A stretch of 64,000 nucleotides of DNA, taken from positions 48,415-112,414 of the forward strand of contig VGVQ01000011.1 of NCBI GenBank assembly GCA_016874005.1, in the 5' to 3' direction. Numbering within the stretch: position 1 is the first letter of the stretch; each line of letters starts with the position of its first letter. Below are positions 19,160 to 27,999 of the stretch, piece by piece. A model generated the notes under the pieces. That model saw nothing but the letters and a program-made list of their open reading frames with translations. It did no database searches and was not told the DNA's origin. The DNA is from Gemmatimonadota bacterium (GTDB lineage: Bacteria > Gemmatimonadota > Gemmatimonadetes > Gemmatimonadales > GWC2-71-9). The translations under genes were made by a program, and so were the position numbers.

Positions 19160-20355
19160 CCGGATTCCGCGACAAGGTTGCCATCATCGGGATGGGTTGT
19201 TCCAAGTTCGGCGAACGTTTCGATGCCGACGCGGATACCTTGCTCGTCGAGGCGTTCACCGAGGCGCTCGCCGACGCGAAGATCGAGGCCAACGCCATCG
19301 ACGCCGCCTGGTACTCGGTACTCTTCGACACCATGAGCATGGGCTCGTCGGGGACCGGCGCCAGCGAGGTGCTGCGGCTCGACAACGTCGCCACGACCCG
19401 AGTCGAGAACATGTGTGCCTCCGGCACCGAGGCCCTCCGGGGCGCGGCCTACGCCGTCGCCGCCGGGGCGGCCAAGATCGCGCTGGCCATCGGGGCCGAG
19501 AAGCTCAAGGACACCGGGTATGGCGGTCTGCCGGGCGGGAGCATGGGGGCGGTGAACGATCTCTATTGGCCGCACTTGAGCGCCCCGGGAGCGTTCGCCC
19601 AGCTGGCCACCGCGTACGCCGCCAAACACCGGATCGATCGGGCCGACCTCAAGAAGGCGATCGCCACGGTGAGTTGGAAGAGCCATCAGAACGGCGCCAT
19701 CAATCCCAAGGCTCACCTCCGAAAGGCGGTCGACCTCGACACCATCCTGAACGCGCCGATCATCGCCGAGCCGCTCGGCCTGTTCGACTGTTGCGGGGTG
19801 AGCGATGGCGCGGCCTGCGCGATCGTGACCACGCCGGAGATCGCCAGGAGCCTCGGGCACACCGACCTGGTGACCATCAAGGCGCTCCAGTTGGCCAACA
19901 GCAACGGCTTCGAGGCCAACAGCCCCGCCTGGGATGGGAGCTATTTCGTCACCACCCGCAAGGCGGCGAAACGCGCCTACGCCGAGGCCGGGATCGCCGA
20001 TCCTCGCCGCGAGCTGAGCATGACGGAAGTGCACGACTGCTTTTCGATCACCGAGCTGGTCACGATGGAAGATCTGGGGCTTTCCGAGGAAGGCCAGGCG
20101 CCGCGCGATGTCCTCGACGGGGTCTTCAACAGCGACGGGAAGGTTCCCTGCCAGATCGACGGCGGGCTCAAGTGTTTCGGCCATCCGATCGGGGCGTCAG
20201 GGCTAAGAATGGGTTACGAGATGTACTTGCAGCTCAAGGGTCGGGCCGGTCAGCGCCAGCTCCCCAACCCGGTCATGGGTCTCACCCACAACCTGGGCGG
20301 GTTCCCCCATCGCAACGTGAGCGCGATCTCGATCCTGGGCCGCCACGACGCCTGA
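19156..20355 (+). CDS. SCP2/SCP-x-type thiolase (acetyl-CoA acyltransferase)
   Basis: RVENMCASG (Cys), SDGAAC, EVHDCF, GGLKCFGHPIGASG; ATGA-coupled to the upstream gene. Confidence 0.9.
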   Translation: MTGFRDKVAIIGMGCSKFGERFDADADTLLVEAFTEALADAKIEANAIDAAWYSVLFDTMSMGSSGTGASEVLRLDNVATTRVENMCASGTEALRGAAYAVAAGAAKIALAIGAEKLKDTGYGGLPGGSMGAVNDLYWPHLSAPGAFAQLATAYAAKHRIDRADLKKAIATVSWKSHQNGAINPKAHLRKAVDLDTILNAPIIAEPLGLFDCCGVSDGAACAIVTTPEIARSLGHTDLVTIKALQLANSNGFEANSPAWDGSYFVTTRKAAKRAYAEAGIADPRRELSMTEVHDCFSITELVTMEDLGLSEEGQAPRDVLDGVFNSDGKVPCQIDGGLKCFGHPIGASGLRMGYEMYLQLKGRAGQRQLPNPVMGLTHNLGGFPHRNVSAISILGRHDA

Positions 20356-20372
20356 CGGCGGGGGCCGCCGTC
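20354..20372. terminator. Hairpin between convergent genes
   Basis: GACGGCGG-ggg-CCGCCGTC between the thiolase stop and the aminotransferase stop. Confidence 0.4.
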
Positions 20373-20377
20373 GTCCG

Positions 20378-21649
20378 TCACGCCGAGGCGGCGGCCCGAA
20401 CGGCGTTCACGAACGCGTCGATCTCCTCCACCGTGGTGAAAACGTTGGGCGTCACCCGAACGCCCTCCCACTCGCCGGAGACCGTCCGGGCCCGGGTGTG
20501 GATCAGATGCTTGGTGACCAGATATTCGACCAGCGCGTCGGCGCTCATCGACCCGAGCGACAGGGTGCCCAAGGCACAGGCCTGGGCTCGGTCGAACGAG
20601 GTCAGCAGTCGGACTCCCTTGACTTGCTCGACCCCCCGCATCCACCGCTCCCGGAGATAGTTGAAACGGGCCGCCTTGCGGTCGAATCCGATCGCGGTAT
20701 GGAAGGTGAGCGCATCGCTCACCGCGTTGCGCAGCGCGATCGGGTAGGTCCCGATCTGCTCGAACTTCCGGATGTTGCCGTCCTGCTCGGGCGGGGCCGC
20801 GTAGAGGGGCCAGATATCCCGGATCCGATCCCGCCGGACGTAGAGGAATCCGTTGCCGACCGGGGCGGTGAGCCATTTGTGGAGGCTGGTTCCGTAGACG
20901 TCGCACTCGAGGTCGTCGCGGGTGAACGGGAACTGGGCAAAGGTGTGCCCGCCGTCGACGATCGAGGTGATCCCGCGCTGCCTGGCGTACTGACAAATCC
21001 GCTTGACCGGGAAGATCTGCCCGGTGGTGTAGGTCATGTGACAGACGTGGATCACCCGGGTCCGGTCGGTGACCGCGCCGATGACCCGCTGGTAGAGGTC
21101 GTCGAGGCTCTTCGGGGGCACCGGGAACGAGATCGGTCTGACCACCACCCCATCTCGGCGGGCCCGCTGATACCAACCGCCTAACATCCGCGGATAGTCC
21201 TGGGTGGTGATGACGACCTCGTCGCCGCGCGCGAGCGTCAGGCCGAACTGGGCGGAGAGCAGCGCCTCGGTGGTGTTGCGGGTCAACGCCAACTCCTCCG
21301 GGTCGCATCCGAAGGTCGCCGCCAGCCGCCGCCGAACCAATTCCACTTCGGGGTAGAGCAGGTCGTCGACGTACAACGACGGGCTCATGTTGGTGATGGT
21401 CCAATATCGGTTCATCGCCTCGGCGACCACCCGCGGGGCCGGGCTGACGCTGCCGCTGTTGAGGTTGATCTGGTTGGCGTCGATGGTGAACGCCTGGCGA
21501 ACCGATAGCCAGAACGACTCGTCTTGGGCCACATCCGCGGCGGGGCTGCCGTCGGCTCGGCGGAGGGCCGGCTCGAGCAGCCGAAGGGCGTTGGGGCGCA
21601 TCGCGATGGCCGCCGCGGCGCCGGATGCCACCAAGGTACGTCGATCCAT
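20378..21649 (-). CDS. Class V PLP-dependent enzyme (isopenicillin-N-epimerase/selenocysteine-lyase-like) with Tat-like leader
   Basis: Start ATG 21649 (MDRRTLVASGAAAA); LNSGSVSP, RNTTEAL, IVDGGH, PLP Lys in SLHKWL. Confidence 0.82.
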   Translation of the reverse strand: MDRRTLVASGAAAAIAMRPNALRLLEPALRRADGSPAADVAQDESFWLSVRQAFTIDANQINLNSGSVSPAPRVVAEAMNRYWTITNMSPSLYVDDLLYPEVELVRRRLAATFGCDPEELALTRNTTEALLSAQFGLTLARGDEVVITTQDYPRMLGGWYQRARRDGVVVRPISFPVPPKSLDDLYQRVIGAVTDRTRVIHVCHMTYTTGQIFPVKRICQYARQRGITSIVDGGHTFAQFPFTRDDLECDVYGTSLHKWLTAPVGNGFLYVRRDRIRDIWPLYAAPPEQDGNIRKFEQIGTYPIALRNAVSDALTFHTAIGFDRKAARFNYLRERWMRGVEQVKGVRLLTSFDRAQACALGTLSLGSMSADALVEYLVTKHLIHTRARTVSGEWEGVRVTPNVFTTVEEIDAFVNAVRAAASA

Positions 21650-21752
21650 GTCCAAGTATCGCAACGGCTTGGGCAAAAGCAAGGGTTTTTCCCAACTTGT
21701 TCTCTCGGGGACCAACTCGAATATTGAGCGCGAGTTCGTTCCGGGAGGATGA

Positions 21753-21959
21753 GTGGAGTTCGTCGAAAAGCTGGCTCGCGGGGTGTTCATGGTCCTGGCG
21801 ATCGCCTTGTTTGGCTGGGTCATCGCGTTGCTGGCGATCGAATCGGCCTGGCGGCGGTGGCGCGAAGGAAGCAAGCGGCGGGAGGACGGCGTCTATGCCG
21901 CCCGGCCTGGGCTCCGCCCGACTACGGAGTTCCGAACCCGTCGAATGGCGTCCTGGTAG
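21753..21959 (+). CDS. Small hypothetical single-pass membrane protein
   Basis: GGAGG ahead of GTG; one hydrophobic segment then a basic tail; fills the gap between the aminotransferase and the tRNA. Confidence 0.4.
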   Translation: MEFVEKLARGVFMVLAIALFGWVIALLAIESAWRRWREGSKRREDGVYAARPGLRPTTEFRTRRMASW

Positions 21960-22059
21960 GCGGAGTCGCCTGGTACGGTTGAGCCACCTTGACGGAGGTG
22001 GTGGCGATGAGCGGGCGTGGCTGGATGGTGGATTGCTGGCGACCCGCGCGGCGAGTCCA

Positions 22060-22132
22060 TGGAGCGGACCGGGATCGAACCGGTGACCCCCTGCTTGCAA
22101 AGCAGGTGCTCTCCCAACTGAGCTACCGCCCC
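22060..22132 (-). tRNA. tRNA-Ala (UGC), CCA not encoded
   Basis: Reverse complement GGGGCGGTAGCTCAGTTGGGAGAGCACCTGCTTTGCAAGCAGGGGGTCACCGGTTCGATCCCGGTCCGCTCCA: cloverleaf, TGC anticodon, G3:U70 identity pair, TTCGA T-loop. Confidence 0.97.
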
Positions 22133-22209
22133 TCGCACCCAGACCACCCGGTGTGGGCGCCGGAACAAGATAACCGCTCCGGCCCCGACGCCCCACCCTC
22201 GGTCGTACG

Positions 22210-23091
22210 CTACCCCGCCGCCGCCTCAGCCGCCCGGACGATCGGCGCGTACATCTCGCGCATCACCGCGGTAATCCGTTCACCCGCGCCTTTCGGCGAC
22301 CCGGCCTGATAGGGTGGCGCCGGGTCATACTCGATGTTGAGCTGCAGTGCCTTGGCGTATTTCTCCGTCGTCATTCGGGCGGCCAGCGTCAGCCCGAAAT
22401 CGATCCCCGCGGACACCCCAGCCGCGGTAATCCGATTCCGATCCTCGACCACCCGCGCGTTGACTGGCGTGGCGCCGAGCTTCGCCAGCACCGGATGGGT
22501 GACCCAATGGGTCGTGGCGCGATACCCCGTGAGAAGCCCGGCGGCACCGAGCACCAGCGAACCGGTACAGACGCTGGTGACGTACTTCGCCGTGGCGCCA
22601 TGGCGGCGAAGGAACCCGAGCAGCGCCGGATCGCGCATCATGGCCACCGTGCCCTCGCCGCCCCCGGGGACGAACAACACGTCGAGCGGTCCGCCGACCT
22701 CGTCAAACGTGGCGGTCGGCACGAACGTCAGCCCGCCGGCGGCAACCGGGGCCTTTGACTTCGCGACGATGTGGACTCGAGTGTTCATCAACCCGCTCAA
22801 CACCGAGTGAGGGCCCACGAGGTCCAGCGGGAACATTCCGGGGTAGATCACCATCGCGATCTGTCGCGGGGTGGCGGGGTGGATTCGGGCTTTGCCGGCC
22901 GCGTCATCGCTCAAGGCATCGACGAGCCGCTGCATTCCCTGGTCGTGGGTCTGTGGCTCTTGTGCAGCGGCCGGCTGATGATCGACCAACGTGAGCGGAC
23001 CGAGTGCGGCCAGCGCGGCCAGGTGTCGCCCAAACTCGCGGCGTCCGATGCCGGTGGCCGTGGCGGGGCGGGTGTGTTCAAGACGGGTCAT
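22210..23091 (-). CDS. DJ-1/PfpI family protein, isonitrile-hydratase (InhA)-like, with Tat signal
   Basis: IGRREFG twin-arginine leader; PLDLVGP (Asp), FVPGG, TSVCTGSL (Cys-Thr), AGVSAGID, EYDPAPPY.AGSP tail. Confidence 0.82.
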   Translation of the reverse strand: MTRLEHTRPATATGIGRREFGRHLAALAALGPLTLVDHQPAAAQEPQTHDQGMQRLVDALSDDAAGKARIHPATPRQIAMVIYPGMFPLDLVGPHSVLSGLMNTRVHIVAKSKAPVAAGGLTFVPTATFDEVGGPLDVLFVPGGGEGTVAMMRDPALLGFLRRHGATAKYVTSVCTGSLVLGAAGLLTGYRATTHWVTHPVLAKLGATPVNARVVEDRNRITAAGVSAGIDFGLTLAARMTTEKYAKALQLNIEYDPAPPYQAGSPKGAGERITAVMREMYAPIVRAAEAAAG

Positions 23092-24401
23092 CGGAGTTCT
23101 CCAATGGTTCCGGATCGGGCCACGACCTGATGGGCGTGAGTGGTATTGTAGTGGCGCCAGGCCTCGACGCTGAGGTTGTCCCCGTCCACGTTGGCGGGTT
23201 CGGCGGCGGCGTGGGCCTGGGCCGCTCGAGGGCCCTGCTCCTGCCAGAGCACCGTAAACCGCCCGCGATGGAACACGAGGGTGGGGTAGTCAGCAATCTG
23301 CTCCGGCGTGCTCAGGACAACTTCCGAGAGGAAGCTGACTCCGCCGTCCAGCGAGGCTCGGGCAAGAACGCGCGGTTCCGAGCTGGTGCCGTCGTCCCAC
23401 GCGACCATTACCTGATCCCGGTCGCCAACCGCGAGTTGCACGTGGGACGGTCGGGAACGATCGCTCAGGCGGAGGGCCACGGGGGCGCCAAAGTGGCGGC
23501 CACCGTCGTCGGAGCGAACATACTTGACGCCGGCCGCCCCCGGCTTGCCGGTCCACCAACCCAAGTGGAGCCGGCCTAACTGGTCGGCGACCAACGCCGG
23601 TCCGGCGTCTGGGCACCCGTTGACCTCCCAGTCGTCCGGGTAGGCTCGAACCGGATCGGACCAGGTGACTCCGCGGTCCGCGGACCGGGCCACCACGATG
23701 TCTCGGATTCCGCCCGGGAGTATCTTGCGCCACGCGAGATACGCGGTATCGCCTACGCTGGCGATGGCAACCCGGCAACACTCGCACGAGCCGTCGCGAT
23801 CCACCATCCGGTTCGAGGCCCAGGTGGCTCCACCATCGACGGAGTGGCTCACGTAGACTCGGATCGTGTCGCTTCGTTGATCGAGCCAGCCCACATAGAT
23901 GGTGCCGTCGGCGCCGACATGGAGGGCGTGGTCGTTGCGGTAACGGCCCAGCGCCCCGTCGTCGGCCACGGAGACCGGCGGGTGCCAGGTTCTTCCACCG
24001 TCGCCCGATCGAGCGAAACGGAGCCCCCCGCGCCGAGCGTTGGGCCCGGAGGTGGCGATGATGGAATACAGCAGGTAGAGGTCGCCCCGGGGCCCGGTCG
24101 CGATCTTCGGAGGGGTCTCGCGATCGGCCTGAAACTCCCCTAACGAGTCGAGCAGTTCAACGGGCGCCACGCTGTCCGTCATCGCGAAGAGGCGGTTTGG
24201 CACGCCGCGGCCACCCCCGATCCACGCATAGGCCCGGACTCCATTGGGGCCCGCGGCGATCGTCGGGGCGGCCCCGCCCGTGCCGGCCGCGTTCAGCACC
24301 CGGAGCGGATCGAGTGTCATGGCGGCCTTCGACGCGCCGGGCGGCTCGCAGCCCGCGGTCCAGACCGCCGTCAGCAGTATCAGAGAGCGTGCCTCGGTCA
24401 T
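23088..24401 (-). CDS. BNR/Asp-box (sialidase-fold) lipoprotein with CECC and CPxxGP motifs
   Basis: Lipobox-like TAGC; repeated S.DGG.TW Asp boxes; SCECCR and NGCPDAGP; ATGA-coupled on both sides. Confidence 0.78.
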   Translation of the reverse strand: MTEARSLILLTAVWTAGCEPPGASKAAMTLDPLRVLNAAGTGGAAPTIAAGPNGVRAYAWIGGGRGVPNRLFAMTDSVAPVELLDSLGEFQADRETPPKIATGPRGDLYLLYSIIATSGPNARRGGLRFARSGDGGRTWHPPVSVADDGALGRYRNDHALHVGADGTIYVGWLDQRSDTIRVYVSHSVDGGATWASNRMVDRDGSCECCRVAIASVGDTAYLAWRKILPGGIRDIVVARSADRGVTWSDPVRAYPDDWEVNGCPDAGPALVADQLGRLHLGWWTGKPGAAGVKYVRSDDGGRHFGAPVALRLSDRSRPSHVQLAVGDRDQVMVAWDDGTSSEPRVLARASLDGGVSFLSEVVLSTPEQIADYPTLVFHRGRFTVLWQEQGPRAAQAHAAAEPANVDGDNLSVEAWRHYNTTHAHQVVARSGTIGELR

Positions 24402-24751
24402 GGGGCCACCGAGAAGCTGAACCGGCCGCGCACCGCGTGGCCGTCGTCACCGGCGGTGCGCCACGAGACGGTGTACTTGCCGGGGGAGAGGGGTCCCGCG
24501 ACGTCGACCGCGATCGACTTGGGGTCGTCGGTCGCCCGGGGATTGCCGATGGCGACGTTGCCGCTGTCGGCGGTTGTGAGGGTGATTCTGCTCAAGGCTG
24601 GTTGCACTTTCTCGGTGAACCAGAGGCGAATCTCCTTGGGCGAACCGACCGTCTGGCCAGCCGCCGGGAGACTCTTGTCAAGACGATTGTGCACCGCAAA
24701 GATAGGTGCCATCACGGTCAACGCCGCGACGGTACTGGCGAAAAACCACAT
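24398..24751 (-). CDS. copC: CopC-family periplasmic copper-binding protein
   Basis: Start ATG 24751; signal peptide then mature His (HNRLDKSLPA), LWFTE, GKYTVSWR, DDGH. Confidence 0.85.
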   Translation of the reverse strand: MWFFASTVAALTVMAPIFAVHNRLDKSLPAAGQTVGSPKEIRLWFTEKVQPALSRITLTTADSGNVAIGNPRATDDPKSIAVDVAGPLSPGKYTVSWRTAGDDGHAVRGRFSFSVAP

Positions 24752-24852
24752 GGAATACCCCCCACGAGGACACTGGCGCTGGTGGGTGCTGCCCCAGCGA
24801 CGAGATGACGCCCAGCCAGCCAATCTGGATGGGCCCGTGCGGCCGACGTCTT

Positions 24853-25191
24853 CTAGAGCGACCGAGGAGGGGCTGTAGCGAACGGGAGCCAGTGGGGTCG
24901 AGCCGCCGCTGGGAGCACGGGATCCAGCGGCCACCATGCGGGTGGGGCGGTGTGCCTGGGCGCGGTCGGGGCGGCAACCGGACGGGTGGCCGGCCCGAAC
25001 GAGGTGCTACAGGTGGCGGCGCAGATGCAGCTGTGATGGGCGCCGGTGGGCGGCGCCTCAGACTTGTGGTGGCGATGTTCCGCGCTGCCCGCCGCCGGCA
25101 ACTCGCATCGGACCGAGGCCGCCACCGCGGCTTGGAACGAAAACAGTCCGAGGGCGAGGCTGAGGACCGCTCGGCGGATTCGGGCGACCAT
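24853..25191 (-). CDS. His/Cys-rich, Pro-rich leader protein resembling DUF2946/CruR-type upstream ORFs
   Basis: Signal-like N-terminus, HRHH...HHSCICAATC, Pro-rich linker, C-terminal HWLPFATAPP about 100 nt upstream of copC. Confidence 0.6.
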   Translation of the reverse strand: MVARIRRAVLSLALGLFSFQAAVAASVRCELPAAGSAEHRHHKSEAPPTGAHHSCICAATCSTSFGPATRPVAAPTAPRHTAPPAWWPLDPVLPAAARPHWLPFATAPPRSL

Positions 25192-25250
25192 GGCTATCAA
25201 GTGTCGCCCGGCTGATCGATCCTGTCAACACACCGATTGGGCAGCCCGCC

Positions 25251-25472
25251 GGTCCCGGCCAGGATCGGGAGCCCGGCGTCGAACAGTTGCTTGACGTTCC
25301 GCATCGCGGTGCCAGAGGCCTCGCCTAACCGTCGAGCCATCATGGAAGCCGCCACGGAGCGAGCCTTGTTGGGGGGTGGGCGCCCAGCTCCGCGTTGTAG
25401 TTAGGGAAGAGGATCTCGCAGGAGCGGGTGGTCGAGGAGGCGCAGATCCCGGAGCCGGCGGCCCGCGAACGC
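25251..25472 (-). pseudogene. Degenerate internal fragment of a paralog of the adjacent amidohydrolase
   Basis: Translates with two frameshifts as AFAGRRLRDLRLLDHPLL / ILFPNYNAELGAH / RSVAASMMARRLGEASGTAMRNVKQLFDAGLPILAGT. The intact gene (about 25837-26060) reads SFAGRRFRDLSFLDHPLL..VLPPGYRTDLLAH..RSGADSAAARRLGEALGTAMRNVKRLADAGVPILAGT. Confidence 0.8.
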
Positions 25473-25506
25473 GGAACGCCCCCACCCGCCGCCGGGCGAG
25501 GGGCCG

Positions 25507-26844
25507 TCAATGTGGCCGGAGCGGACTCGGCCGGTGGTCGATCTCTCGGCGCGGGTCGAACCGAAGCGCGGCCCGGTTCACCTCGACTCCCCGTTGCAGC
25601 ACCGCCACCACGTTTCGGGTATCGCTGATCCGCTCGGCGGGGTTGCCCCGCACGATCAACAGGTCCGCCGCCTTGCCCGGCGCGACGGTGCCCCAGTCCG
25701 CCCGCTCGTCGATGAACCGGGCCGCGCGCCCCGTGGCGGCCGCGATCGCCTGGAGCGGCGTCAATCCGGCCTCGACCAACAGCTCCAACTCCCGCTGCAG
25801 TCCTTCGCCGTAGTAGTCGCCTGGATAGGGAGCGTCGGTGCCGGCCAAGATCGGCACCCCCGCGTCGGCCAGGCGCTTGACGTTCCGCATCGCGGTCCCG
25901 AGTGCCTCGCCTAACCGCCGCGCCGCGGCCGAATCGGCCCCGGACCGGGGCCGGTCCCGATGGGCCAGGAGATCGGTGCGGTATCCCGGCGGGAGCACGT
26001 CCTTGAGGAGCGGGTGATCGAGGAAGGAGAGATCGCGGAACCGTCTGCCCGCGAACGACTCGTAGACCGCGAGGGTGGAGATGACCGCGATGCGGTGTTC
26101 CGCGAGGTAGCGAGCCGCCTCGTCGGTGACCGGCTGGGTGCCCGCGTGCGCAAAGGCGGCGATCCCGGTCCGAGCCGAGCCGATCGAGCCGTTCCGGCCC
26201 CCCACGTCCGCGATGACCCGGAGTCCGCGCGTCTTCGCGGTATCGACCAGCGCGGCGAGCATCGAGTCACTCAACCCCACGTATCCCTTGAGGAAGCTCA
26301 CGCCCGCCGTCTTGAGCACCTCGACGAAATGGGGCAGCTGCGCCGGAGTCGAAATGGCGTTCGAGATGTCGGGCCAGAGCGGGCGGGGGCCGTCGTTCAC
26401 CGGCCCGACGTAGTGGATCCGCGGTCCCGCCAGCCGGCCCGCGTCGACCTCGGCCTTGAGCTGCTTGACCCACGAGGTGACGTTTCCGGGGTCGAGCACC
26501 GTCGTCACCCCGGAGTACAGCAGCGAACCGAGCATCCGCCTGAACCCGAAGAAATCCACCGCCTCGCCGTCCCATCCACCGGTGAGATGGGTGTGCATGT
26601 CCGTCAGGCCGGGCAGGACGGTGAGTCCTTCGCCGCGAATCACTCGTGCCCCGGCCGGGGCGCGAACCTCGGGGCCGACCGCCTCGATCCGGCCGTCTCG
26701 GATGACGACCGTGACCCCGGCCATTGGGGCAACGCCGGTTCCGTCGATGACTCGCGCGCCGGTGATGGCGATGGCTGGTTGACCGGCGGCCGATGCCGTG
26801 GCGAGGACGGTCAACAGGCCGGTCACGGCGACGGCAGGTTGCAT
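25507..26844 (-). CDS. Secreted metal-dependent amidohydrolase
   Basis: Signal peptide; PGLTDMHTH, SGVTTV, LAGTDA, ELELLVEAGLTP, GKAADLL. Confidence 0.85.
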   Translation of the reverse strand: MQPAVAVTGLLTVLATASAAGQPAIAITGARVIDGTGVAPMAGVTVVIRDGRIEAVGPEVRAPAGARVIRGEGLTVLPGLTDMHTHLTGGWDGEAVDFFGFRRMLGSLLYSGVTTVLDPGNVTSWVKQLKAEVDAGRLAGPRIHYVGPVNDGPRPLWPDISNAISTPAQLPHFVEVLKTAGVSFLKGYVGLSDSMLAALVDTAKTRGLRVIADVGGRNGSIGSARTGIAAFAHAGTQPVTDEAARYLAEHRIAVISTLAVYESFAGRRFRDLSFLDHPLLKDVLPPGYRTDLLAHRDRPRSGADSAAARRLGEALGTAMRNVKRLADAGVPILAGTDAPYPGDYYGEGLQRELELLVEAGLTPLQAIAAATGRAARFIDERADWGTVAPGKAADLLIVRGNPAERISDTRNVVAVLQRGVEVNRAALRFDPRREIDHRPSPLRPH

Positions 26845-26850
26845 CTCGAG

Positions 26851-27999
26851 TTACTCCGGTCGAAGTCGGCGGACCGCCGGCGCGAGCACCAGCAGGCCGA
26901 GGACGCAGTAGAGGCCGATGACCACGAAGCCCGCCGGATACGACCCGGTGGCGTCGACCACTTGGCCGACCAGTGGCTGGCCCAGAAAACCGAGGCTGTA
27001 GAGCGCCTGGTAGAGCCCGTAGACCTGTCCCGAGCGATCGGCGGCGAACAGGAAGGCGGGCATCGCCAGGAGCGCGGGCATCGCCAGCGCCAGCGACACC
27101 CCGAAGACCGCCGCGGCCCCCCGGGGCGCGATCCCCGGCCCGAAGAACGTGGCCGCGGCCACCAACGCCAGCAGCGTCGCGACCACCACGAAGCCGGCGG
27201 CCGTGGCGGGCCTGAGTTGCGACGAGAACGCCGGCTTCAAGATCAGGGCCACCAGCGCGTACGACCCCACGATCGCGGAAGCCTCGGTGAGCGGAAATCC
27301 GCGCCCGACCAGCATGTCGGGACCGAACGACAGGATGCCCTCGGTGCCGATGCTGTACCCGGCGTAACCGAGCGCCAGGATCCAGGCGCCGGCGCCTAAC
27401 GAGAGCGGGTTGAAACGCGGCGCCGCTCCCTCCGCGATCGTCGCCGGGCGCGGGAGCAGGAGCAGCAGCGCGGCGCCGCCGGCGCAGGCCGCGGTGAGAA
27501 CCTGGAGGGCCCCGTGCCAGCCATCGGACGCCGCCGCGGACGCCAGGACGTTGAGGGAGAGCCAGACCCCGGCGGTAAACGAGATGGTGTAGATCCCCAT
27601 CACGAACCCGAGTTCGCGCCGGCCGGCGAAGGTGGCGCCGAGCAGCTTCGGCGCCCCGATCATGTGGGCGTTCATCCCGATCGAGAACACCAAGCGCCCC
27701 GCGGCCAGGCCCCAGAACGAGGAGGCCACCGCCATCAGGCCGATTCCCACGACGATCAGGGCCCAGCAGGGCAAGAGGACGCGGCGGATCGGGTAACGGT
27801 CGAAGGCCCACCCGATCGGCAACGAGATCAGGACCCCGGGCAGGTACCACAAGCCGCTGATGATCCCTCCCTGGGCCCGACTGATGCCGAGGTCCTGGAT
27901 CCAGAGGTTGAGCAGGGGGTAGTTCGCCGCGAACGCGGTCATCCCGATCGTGGTCGTCACCATCACCAGCGCCAGCACCACCCAACGGTTATTCGGCAT
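26851..27999 (-). CDS. MFS transporter
   Basis: About 12 hydrophobic segments; motif A-like GWAFDRYPIRR; AGRLVFSIG. Confidence 0.8.
   Translation of the reverse strand: MPNNRWVVLALVMVTTTIGMTAFAANYPLLNLWIQDLGISRAQGGIISGLWYLPGVLISLPIGWAFDRYPIRRVLLPCWALIVVGIGLMAVASSFWGLAAGRLVFSIGMNAHMIGAPKLLGATFAGRRELGFVMGIYTISFTAGVWLSLNVLASAAASDGWHGALQVLTAACAGGAALLLLLPRPATIAEGAAPRFNPLSLGAGAWILALGYAGYSIGTEGILSFGPDMLVGRGFPLTEASAIVGSYALVALILKPAFSSQLRPATAAGFVVVATLLALVAAATFFGPGIAPRGAAAVFGVSLALAMPALLAMPAFLFAADRSGQVYGLYQALYSLGFLGQPLVGQVVDATGSYPAGFVVIGLYCVLGLLVLAPAVRRLRPE

Noticed and set aside
17702-20355. Mevalonate pathway (true HMG-CoA synthase)
   Set aside because: Catalytic Cys and Glu appear absent, and no HMG-CoA reductase or mevalonate kinases are nearby.
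21893-22309. ORFs spanning the tRNA, and the tRNA as an island attachment site
   Set aside because: The ORFs are translations of tRNA sequence; no integrase and no duplicate of the tRNA 3' end was seen in the window.
25251-26060. Diversity-generating retroelement TR/VR pair
   Set aside because: Mismatches are not adenine-specific, include indels and fall largely at synonymous sites; no reverse transcriptase is present.
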